From contig JAIMAN010000006.1 in NCBI GenBank assembly GCA_023511915.1, positions 3,284 through 67,283 on the forward strand: 64,000 nucleotides of DNA, written 5' to 3'. This document shows positions 20,384 to 28,009 of the stretch, piece by piece; the first letter of the stretch is position 1, and every line of letters starts with the position of its first letter. The notes under the pieces were generated by a model. It was not told the DNA's origin and made no database searches. It worked only from the letters and a program-made list of their open reading frames with translations. The position numbers and the translations under genes are program-made. The DNA is from Armatimonadota bacterium (GTDB taxonomy: Bacteria > Armatimonadota > Fimbriimonadia > Fimbriimonadales > GBS-DC).

Positions 20384-20460
20384 CAAATCTACATCTCGGG
20401 GCGCTCCTCCTCCGTCCAGATGCTGCGCAGGGACGGTCGCTGCAGAATCATCCCGCCGAA

Positions 20461-21492
20461 TTATACCGCTGCGCAACTGCGCGTGTAGGCGATGTAGTCC
20501 TCCAGCGTCTCTTCGGCGCGTCCCGATTCGATAGCGCGTTGCGCCAATAGGATGCCGTCGCGGATGTCGTCCACGCGCCCTGCGACCCACAGCGCGACGC
20601 CCGCGCTGGGCAAAATCGCCTGCATGCGCCGTTCGTCGTCGCCTGTGATGGCGGCGCGGAGTATCTGCGCGTTCTCCTGCGGGGTGTCGCCTGCGGCAAG
20701 CGCGTCTGCAGGCGCGGGGTCCAGCCCCAAATCCTGCGGCGTGAACTCGAAAGTCTCCACCGCGCCGTCGGGCTTGAGGTGCGCGGCGACCGTGACGCCA
20801 ATCGGCGAGACCTCGTCCAGCCCGTCCATCCCATGCACCACTAAGGCGCGTTCCGTGCCCAGTTGCGCCAGCGCCTCGGCGATGAGCGTCAGCCACTCCC
20901 AGCTGAACACGCCCAGCAGCTGCTTGCGGGCGTTCGCAGGGTTGGTCAGCGGTCCCAGCAGGTTGAACACCGTGCGCACGCCGAGTTCACGACGCACGGG
21001 GGCGACATGGCGCATCGCGGGATGGTGCAGCGGCGCGAACATAAACCCGACGCCGACCTGCTGAATACCCTGCGCGATTTGTTCGGGCGTGAGGTTCAGG
21101 TTCACGCCCAGCGCCTCCAGCACATCCGCGCTGCCGCACTTGCTGCTGACGGCGCGGTTGCCGTGCTTGGCGACAGGCACGCCCGCCGCCGCGACCACAA
21201 ACGCCGTCGCCGTCGAGAGGTTCCAAGTCTTCAGCGTGTCGCCGCCCGTGCCGCAGGTGTCCAGCAGGTCGGGATTATCGATGGGAACCTTCACCGAGTG
21301 GGCGCGCATGGCGCGGGCGAAGCCGACCAGCTCCTGCAGCGTCTCGCCGCGCGTGCGCATCGTCATCAGCACGCCCGCGATTTGCACAGGCGTCAGCGCG
21401 CCCTGCATCATCGCGTCCATCAGCGTCTCCGCCTGTCCCGCGTCTAAGTCGTCTCCTTCCAGCACCCGCCGCAGTAGGCTGGCAAGTTCCAT
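20461..21492 (-). CDS. trpD: Anthranilate phosphoribosyltransferase
   Basis: Contains CGTGGDTLKTWNLSTATAFVVAAAGVPVAKHGNRAVSSKCGSADVLEALG. A TATATT box at 21504-21499 lies 6 nt before the ATG. Confidence 0.9.
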   Translation of the reverse strand: MELASLLRRVLEGDDLDAGQAETLMDAMMQGALTPVQIAGVLMTMRTRGETLQELVGFARAMRAHSVKVPIDNPDLLDTCGTGGDTLKTWNLSTATAFVVAAAGVPVAKHGNRAVSSKCGSADVLEALGVNLNLTPEQIAQGIQQVGVGFMFAPLHHPAMRHVAPVRRELGVRTVFNLLGPLTNPANARKQLLGVFSWEWLTLIAEALAQLGTERALVVHGMDGLDEVSPIGVTVAAHLKPDGAVETFEFTPQDLGLDPAPADALAAGDTPQENAQILRAAITGDDERRMQAILPSAGVALWVAGRVDDIRDGILLAQRAIESGRAEETLEDYIAYTRSCAAV

Positions 21493-21652
21493 ACGCTAAA
21501 TATACCCGTTTTTGTGAAAGTGCCGCTTCTCCCAGCAAATTCACCGAAATTTCCACTCAATTCGCCCCCAAGCGGCAGGAATCGGGGCAAAAACTGGTGT
21601 ATAATTAGGGTGCGTTGAAGCGTTTCAAGCCAACGCGAAGGAGGTTCAAGCA

Positions 21653-22837
21653 ATGAAGCGTACTCTGTTAGCTTTGGGCATTCTGGTGGGCGCGCTGACG
21701 ATAGCGACCGCCCCTGCGCAGATTGTGTACTCGTTCGAACCCGAAGACCTGCATGGCTTTGCGGGCAGCGGAGGCGACGGCTGGCAAGTTCTCCGCGCGA
21801 CGACGGGCGTCACGCACGGCGACTACTCGATGGGCGTTCTCTGGCCGACGGGCAGCGGCGGCTTCCGCTGGCTGTTTGGCAACGGCGCGCGCGACGAACT
21901 GCTACCGTACCTGCAAATCAGCAAGAAACTGTTGATGGACGCCACTGTGCCAACAGACGTGAGTGTTCCCTGGTCGAATATGACATTCTCTTTGAACGGT
22001 CCAAGCCCCTACGGGTGGAACCAGTTGCCATTCTCCACGGGTCTCCCGCGTCAGTCGGGCACGCGCACGGTGCTGATCGATCTCGAGTCGCTGCCGCTGC
22101 CTGACCCCGACATCGAGTGGTTCCAGATTAACTTCGGGATGAACGCGGGCGGCTCACACCAACTCTACCTCGACAACTTGCGCCTGTACCGCACGGCGTG
22201 CGAAATGATGGCGATGGACTTCGAGACGCCTGGAGAATTGTACGGCTTTGCGCCTGACGCGAACAACTTCGGCGTCACCGTCACTTGGAACGACGGCAAG
22301 ATGCGCATCGCATCCACGGGCGGATTCCACTGGATCTTTAACGGCACGGTACCGGGGCTGCTGGAGATGTTGCAGCGCGGCGACCTTGTGGTGATGGATG
22401 TCACGGTCGTCTCCGCGCCGCCTGCGGGCTGGGGCAACATGATAATCTCCGTCAACACAGGTCCCGACGGGCAAGCAGGTACCTGGAGCCAGACCAGCTA
22501 CGCCGCCGAAATCGCAGCGGGCAACAACACCTTTACGCGCGCCATCGCCATCGACTACCGCGATGTCACCTACCATCCGAACCCTGACTACTGCCTGCTG
22601 AATCTCGGCATCAATTCGGGCGGACCGATGACGATTGAGATAGATAACATCCGCATCTACCGCAAGGCGGTGGAGGGCGATGTGAACTGCGACGGATGTG
22701 TGGACGACGCCGACCTGCTGAGCGTGCTGTTCGAGTTCGGCAGCACAGACATTACCCCCGCTGATGTGAACAACGACCGTACAGTGGACGACGCCGACCT
22801 GCTGACCGTGCTGTTCAACTTTGGTACCGGCTGCTAA
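21653..22837 (+). CDS. Secreted protein: two CBM-like beta-sandwich repeats plus a C-terminal double dockerin-like module
   Basis: Signal peptide MKRTLLALGILVGALTIATAPAQ and two roughly 170-aa internal repeats, each ending (L/I)DN(L/I)R(L/I)Y. The C-terminus is DVNCDGCVDDADLLSVLFEFGSTDITPADVNNDRTVDDADLLTVLFNFGTGC. Confidence 0.65.
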   Translation: MKRTLLALGILVGALTIATAPAQIVYSFEPEDLHGFAGSGGDGWQVLRATTGVTHGDYSMGVLWPTGSGGFRWLFGNGARDELLPYLQISKKLLMDATVPTDVSVPWSNMTFSLNGPSPYGWNQLPFSTGLPRQSGTRTVLIDLESLPLPDPDIEWFQINFGMNAGGSHQLYLDNLRLYRTACEMMAMDFETPGELYGFAPDANNFGVTVTWNDGKMRIASTGGFHWIFNGTVPGLLEMLQRGDLVVMDVTVVSAPPAGWGNMIISVNTGPDGQAGTWSQTSYAAEIAAGNNTFTRAIAIDYRDVTYHPNPDYCLLNLGINSGGPMTIEIDNIRIYRKAVEGDVNCDGCVDDADLLSVLFEFGSTDITPADVNNDRTVDDADLLTVLFNFGTGC

Positions 22838-22850
22838 CCTCTCCTCACCT

Positions 22851-22882
22851 CCCAAGCCCCTCCCTCACGCTTGGGGGAGGGG
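22851..22882 (+). terminator. GC-rich hairpin after the 21653 gene (CCCCTCCC...GGGAGGGG / CCCAAGC...GCTTGGG)
   Basis: Alternative 7-8 bp stems with no U-tract. Confidence 0.35.
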
Positions 22883-22956
22883 AGACACCCCCAAGCGTAT
22901 GAAACGCAGCTTCCGCCTGACGCTGAAGCGACCGCTTCAACACTCCAAAGGGACTT

Positions 22957-22986
22957 GGTAGGATTCCAGTCAGTGGGGGCGAATCT
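22957..22986 (+). promoter_or_regulatory. Bipartite promoter-like motif GGTAGGATTC-N11-GGCGAATCT
   Basis: Ends 11 nt before the tricorn ATG. The same architecture occurs upstream of lon and sbcD. Confidence 0.4.
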
Positions 22987-22997
22987 GTGCCTCCGAT

Positions 22998-25900
22998 ATG
23001 TGGATTCGTGCGTTCCTTCTGGCGAGTTTGTGCGGTAGTCTGCTTTGCAGCAGCGTTTCTCAAGCGACGGTTCGGTTTGCGCGATTTCCTGCCCCATCGC
23101 CCGACGGCAAGCAGATTGCCTTCTCGTGGCAGGGCGACTTGTGGGTTGCCCCCATCACGGGCGGCGTGGCGCAGCGGTTGACCGTGCATCCCGCGTATGA
23201 CTTCGCGCCGATTTGGTCGCCCGACGGCAAAAAGATTGCCTTCACCTCCGACCGACACGGCAACGACGATGTGTTCGTGCTGCACTTGGACACGGGCGCG
23301 GTGCAGCGGCTGACCTACTTCTCGGCGCGCGATCGCGCGTGGGGCTGGACGCCCGACAGCCGCGCCGTGCTGTTCGAATCGCGGCGCGAAAGCGAGCCGT
23401 ATGGGGCAGACTTCAGTGCGTATGTCGCCCCGCTGGACGGGGGCACGCCCTACCGCCTGCACAAGGCGTCGGGGTCGCCGTTCGCCCTCTCGCCCGACGG
23501 CAGGCGGCTGGCGTTCGTGCGGCGCGACAGCGCGTGGTGGCGCAAGGGCTACAAAGGCAGCGCGCAGGGCGACCTGTGGCTGCTGGAGCGTGCGACCAAC
23601 CGCTATGTGCGCCTGACCGACACTGACACGCCCGACACCTTCCCGATGTGGGGCGCGGACGGGCGCACGCTCTACTTCGTCTCCGAGCGCGACGGCGCAG
23701 CGAACCTCTACGCGCTGGACACCAACACGCGGCGCATCCGCCAACTCACCCGCTTCAAGGACGACGGCATACGCTTCCCGCAAATCAGCGCGAACGGCGC
23801 GGTGATTACCTTTGAGCAGGGCTTGGACATCTATCGGCTGGACACAGCAACGGGCGCGATGCAGGTCATCCCGCTGCTGGTTCCCGCGCAGGACGCCCGC
23901 GCCGCCGAGCAGGTGCGCCGTACCTTCAGCGCGAATGTGAACGACTACGCGATTGCGCCCGACGGCAAGGAGTTCGTGTTCGCCGTGCGCGGGGAGCTGT
24001 TCGCCGCGCGCTTCCCTGACGGCGGTCCCTCGCGCAACCTGACCGAGACGGTAGAGCCAGAGAGCGACCCGCAGCTCTCACCCGACGGCAAGACGCTTTA
24101 CTTCGCGGCGGAGCGGGACGGTACAGTGCAAATCTACCGCCTCACTTCGGGCGATTCCGATGAGCCGCGCCTGCGCCGCGCACGCACGCATAAGGTGGAA
24201 CCCCTCACGAACGCGCCGCAGGGCGCGAGCAAGCCGCGCCTCTCGCCCGACGGCAAACTGCTGGCGTACCAGCGCGGGCTGGGCGAACTCGTCGTGCGCC
24301 ACTTAGAGACCCAGCAGGAGCGCACCCTGACCGAGTCGTGGAACTTGGGCACGATCGCGTGGTCGCCTGACAGCCGCTGGATCGCCTTTGACCGCTACGA
24401 CGAGAACTACAACGCCGATGTGTTTATCATGCGCGTGCCAAAGTTCGCAACGCCCACGCCCGACGCCGAGCCGAAACAGGAGAAGCAAGAGCCTTCAGGC
24501 GCGGGCGACGCCGTTGAAGACGCGCCCGTCGTCTACAACATCTCGCGCCACCCGCGCAACGACTTCGCGCCGAGTTGGTCGGCGGACGGACGCGCACTGG
24601 TGTTCCTCTCGGAGCGCGAGACCGATGTGCTGAACATCTGCCATGTGTGGCTGCGCCGTGAGGATTATGAGCGCACCCGCGCTGACCGCGAAGAGGAAGA
24701 AGACGACAAGCACGACACGCCCCAAAAAGCCGACGAGAAAAAGGAACCCCTGCGCGTCGAGATCGACTTGGACGACATCCATCTGCGCGTGCGGTTGGCA
24801 ACGCGCTACGCAGCGGGCGTGCAGGAGGCGATCGTCGCGCCCGACGGCGAGCAAATCGCCTTCCGCAGCGCGTACCAGGGGCAACCCGACCTGTACCTCA
24901 TCAAGTGGGACGGCAGCGACGAGCGACGCCTCACTACAGGCGGCGCGTCGCCCGAAAACTTGCGCTGGAGCAAGGACGGCAAGACCGTCTACTACCTCAG
25001 TCGGGGACGGCTGCAGCGCATCGCGGCGTCGGGGGGCAACCCGCAGACCACACGCACCGACGCCGAAATCGTCATCAACCTCCCGCGCGAGCGCGAGTAC
25101 CTCTATGACGCCGCGTGGCGCACCCTCAACGAGACCTTCTACGACCCGAACTTCCACGGGGTGAACTGGGCGGCGATGCGCGAAAAGTACCGCCCCTACC
25201 TGCCCTACGCGCAGAGCGACCGCGACTTCACGGCGGTGGTGCTGATGATGCTGGGCGAGTTGCGCTCGTCGCATCTGAGTTTCTCGCTGGCGCGGGGCGA
25301 AAGCGCCGACGCGCCGTCCAACACGGGGATGCTGGGCGTGATTTTCAGCGACACGCGCGACGGCGACGGGCTGCTGATTGAGCGCGTGCTGCCCGACACG
25401 CCTGCTGCGCGACGCGAGGTGAACCTCAAGCGTGGCGAGCGCATCCTCGCTGTCGACGGCAAGCCGCTTACGCGCACGACGAACCTCTACCAACTGCTGG
25501 ACAACACGGTCGGCAAGCGGATTGAACTCAAGGTGCGCGGCGCGGACGGCAACGAGCGTATGGTCTTCCTGCGCCCCATCTCGGTCGCCGAGTTCAACAA
25601 CGCTGTCTATCGCGACTGGGTGGAGCGCAATCGGCGGTATGTGGAGGAGCGCACGGGCGGGCGCGTGGGGTATGTGCATATCCAAGCGATGGGCGAGGCG
25701 AGCCTGCGCGAGTTCGAACGCGACCTGTACGCCGTCGCCTATGGCAAGGACGCGCTGATTATCGATGTGCGCTTCAACGGCGGGGGGCGCACCGCCGACT
25801 ACCTGCTGACGATGCTACACCCCGCGCGACACGCCTACACCATCGGGCGCAACGGCGCACGCGGCTACCCGCAAGACCGCCTGCCCGTGATTGGCTGGCA

Positions 25901-26219
25901 TCAGCCGATTGCCGTGCTGTGCAACGAGCGCAGCTTTAGCAACGCCGAAATCTTCGCGCACGCCATCAAGACCCTCAAGCGCGGATCGCTGGTGGGCATC
26001 CCGACCGCAGGCGGGGTGATTAGCACGGGGCAACGCCGCCTAATGGACGGCAGCACGGTCAGCACGCCTGGGCGCGGCTGGTACACCCTCGACAAGGGCG
26101 TCAACTTGGAAGGCAACGGCGCCGTGCCTGATTACATCGTGGACTTCACGCCCGACGATGAGGCTGCCGCGCGCGACCCGCAACTGGACAAAGCCATCGA
26201 GGTCATCCGACGGCGGTAG
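22998..26219 (+). CDS. Tricorn protease homolog (beta-propellers, PDZ, S41 peptidase)
   Basis: 1073 aa with a signal peptide. Repeated SPDGKxIAF TolB-like blades, and a C-terminal GYVHIQAMG...IIDVRFNGGG...SFSNAEIFAH S41-type block. Confidence 0.8.
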   Translation: MWIRAFLLASLCGSLLCSSVSQATVRFARFPAPSPDGKQIAFSWQGDLWVAPITGGVAQRLTVHPAYDFAPIWSPDGKKIAFTSDRHGNDDVFVLHLDTGAVQRLTYFSARDRAWGWTPDSRAVLFESRRESEPYGADFSAYVAPLDGGTPYRLHKASGSPFALSPDGRRLAFVRRDSAWWRKGYKGSAQGDLWLLERATNRYVRLTDTDTPDTFPMWGADGRTLYFVSERDGAANLYALDTNTRRIRQLTRFKDDGIRFPQISANGAVITFEQGLDIYRLDTATGAMQVIPLLVPAQDARAAEQVRRTFSANVNDYAIAPDGKEFVFAVRGELFAARFPDGGPSRNLTETVEPESDPQLSPDGKTLYFAAERDGTVQIYRLTSGDSDEPRLRRARTHKVEPLTNAPQGASKPRLSPDGKLLAYQRGLGELVVRHLETQQERTLTESWNLGTIAWSPDSRWIAFDRYDENYNADVFIMRVPKFATPTPDAEPKQEKQEPSGAGDAVEDAPVVYNISRHPRNDFAPSWSADGRALVFLSERETDVLNICHVWLRREDYERTRADREEEEDDKHDTPQKADEKKEPLRVEIDLDDIHLRVRLATRYAAGVQEAIVAPDGEQIAFRSAYQGQPDLYLIKWDGSDERRLTTGGASPENLRWSKDGKTVYYLSRGRLQRIAASGGNPQTTRTDAEIVINLPREREYLYDAAWRTLNETFYDPNFHGVNWAAMREKYRPYLPYAQSDRDFTAVVLMMLGELRSSHLSFSLARGESADAPSNTGMLGVIFSDTRDGDGLLIERVLPDTPAARREVNLKRGERILAVDGKPLTRTTNLYQLLDNTVGKRIELKVRGADGNERMVFLRPISVAEFNNAVYRDWVERNRRYVEERTGGRVGYVHIQAMGEASLREFERDLYAVAYGKDALIIDVRFNGGGRTADYLLTMLHPARHAYTIGRNGARGYPQDRLPVIGWHQPIAVLCNERSFSNAEIFAHAIKTLKRGSLVGIPTAGGVISTGQRRLMDGSTVSTPGRGWYTLDKGVNLEGNGAVPDYIVDFTPDDEAAARDPQLDKAIEVIRRR

Positions 26220-26220
26220 C

Positions 26221-27141
26221 CTACCGCAGGTGCGCCTCCAGGACCGTGCGCCAGCGCTGCACGAGCGGGTCGTCGGCGGGGAGCATACTCAGCGTCTCCC
26301 GCGCGTCGGCGTAGCAGCCGAGTTGGTAGAACACGGCGACGCAGGCGCGCGGGGCGTTCTGGCGGTTCGCGCGCGCCCAGCGCAGGCGTGCCTGCTCGTC
26401 GGGCGTGAGCGTGCGGAACTCGTAGACGCCTGTTAGCCCCTCGCCTGCGACCTCGCCTGCGGCAAGCGCCTCGATGGTCAGGCGATAGCGCACGCCTGCC
26501 TGCAGCGTCGTGTTTGGCGCGAGGCGCGCCTGCGTCCCCTCCACCACGAGGGGTACGGGTTCGCCCGTGTCGGCGCGTTCCAGTCGGGCGCGGTAGCGTG
26601 CAGCGTCGGGCAGGGCTTGCCAGCGGAACTCTGGCGTGAGACTTTCCAGCGCGCGGTTGGCGGGGTTCGGCGCAAGCAGTTGCACGGCGCGTTGGGCGGG
26701 CGCGGCGTCGCTGCGCGTGGGCGCGTCAGGCGGGTTGGCAAACAGCGCGGCTGCCGCCGACGCCCATTCGGGCAGGCGCGTCGTACCCTCGTACCAGACG
26801 CCGTCCTGGTGACGGAGCGCGAGCGTTTCAGGCGCAGTCGGCAGGAGCAGCGCCCGCCCGATGAACACCAGCGCCAACACCGCTGCCGCCGCCGCAAGGG
26901 GCGCAACCCATCGGGGCAGCGCGACGCGCGGGCGGCGCGCCTCACGCACTACCGCCTCCGCCTGCAGGAGCTGCTTGTAGGTCTCCCGACACACGGGGCA
27001 CAGGGTGATGTGGTCAATATACTCGTCGTAGTGGGCGCATTGCCGTCCGCGCTCGACCAGTTCCAGAATCTGCGCCGCGCTCAGGTGCGTCTCGTCTGCC
27101 GCGTCGCTCGGGTGCATCATCACCGCCAGATTCGCTCTCAT
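26221..27141 (-). CDS. Anti-sigma factor (zf-HC2) with one TM segment and an extracytoplasmic domain
   Basis: Contains HITLCPVCRETY (H-x3-C-x2-C) and a TM helix WVAPLAAAAAVLALVFIG. It lies immediately downstream of the ECF sigma gene. Confidence 0.7.
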   Translation of the reverse strand: MRANLAVMMHPSDAADETHLSAAQILELVERGRQCAHYDEYIDHITLCPVCRETYKQLLQAEAVVREARRPRVALPRWVAPLAAAAAVLALVFIGRALLLPTAPETLALRHQDGVWYEGTTRLPEWASAAAALFANPPDAPTRSDAAPAQRAVQLLAPNPANRALESLTPEFRWQALPDAARYRARLERADTGEPVPLVVEGTQARLAPNTTLQAGVRYRLTIEALAAGEVAGEGLTGVYEFRTLTPDEQARLRWARANRQNAPRACVAVFYQLGCYADARETLSMLPADDPLVQRWRTVLEAHLR

Positions 27142-27162
27142 GGCTGTTGCTCCTTGCGCTGC

Positions 27163-27909
27163 TCACTCGATTCGCAGGTACTTTGCCAGTTTCAGCGCGG
27201 CGCGGCGCAGGTCGCCCTGATTGGGCGTTGCGTCGTTCAGGGCGCGTCGTTCGGCGTCGCTGAGCGGCTCGCCGTCGCGCTCCAGCATCGCCATCGCGCG
27301 TTGCACGGCGTCGTCGCCGCCGAGCCAGTCGCGCCGATGCTGCACCAAGTACGCCAGCACCTTCGCGCGCCCGCGCATCAGGTGGCTGCGCACGGTCGCC
27401 GCGTTCATCCCCAGCATCTGGGCGATGTCCTCCAGTCGCTCGTGCTGGGCGTGCAGCCACAGCACGCGCCGCTCCGCGTCCGAGCAGACCTGCTGCACAA
27501 TCGCGTACAACTGCGCCTGCGTCTGCTCATCGGCAATCCGCTCCAGAAGACTCGCCTCGAACGACTCCTGTTGCAGATCGTAGATGCCATCGGGGTTCTC
27601 CAGTTGCGTGAAGGGTGTCTCGGCTTGACGGTAGGCGCGGCTGTAGTAGGTGACGAGGCAGTTCGTGGCGATACGGTAGAGCCAGTGTTCATAGGGCGCG
27701 TTCAGGTGGGTGGTGGGCAGGTAGTTCGCGACGCGCAGCAGCGTCTCTTGCACCAAATCTTCGGCGTCGTCGGGAGTGCGGGCGCGCGCGCGAAAGTAGC
27801 GCTGCAGGCGTATTCGGCTTTCGTTCAGCAACGCCTCCAGCGCGTCGTGGTCGCCGCGAGCCGCCTCGCAAGCCAGCCGATTCAGCGCATCGCTACGGTC
27901 ATCCTGCAA
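27163..27909 (-). CDS. ECF-type RNA polymerase sigma factor with a roughly 65-aa C-terminal extension
   Basis: Region 2 (DAEDLVQETLLRVANYL...WLYRIATN) and region 4 (LEDIAQMLGMNAATVRSHLMRGRAKV) are present. The track start 28011 overlaps the divergent gene's ATG, so I propose TTG 27909. The start remains uncertain. Confidence 0.7.
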   Translation of the reverse strand: MQDDRSDALNRLACEAARGDHDALEALLNESRIRLQRYFRARARTPDDAEDLVQETLLRVANYLPTTHLNAPYEHWLYRIATNCLVTYYSRAYRQAETPFTQLENPDGIYDLQQESFEASLLERIADEQTQAQLYAIVQQVCSDAERRVLWLHAQHERLEDIAQMLGMNAATVRSHLMRGRAKVLAYLVQHRRDWLGGDDAVQRAMAMLERDGEPLSDAERRALNDATPNQGDLRRAALKLAKYLRIE

Positions 27910-28009
27910 CGCAACGCTCCCAACAAATCTATTGTACCCCCTGAAGGTGCCACGCTTTGCGCGGCGGGCGAGTCTTCGCGTTCGGAACCCTTTGGAACGG
28001 AGGACGACC

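Noticed and set aside
22998-26219. Possible mobile element or genomic island around the surface-protein genes
   Set aside because: No integrase, transposase, direct-repeat boundaries or tRNA-adjacent junction were seen. tRNA-Ser at 59298 has housekeeping genes on both sides.
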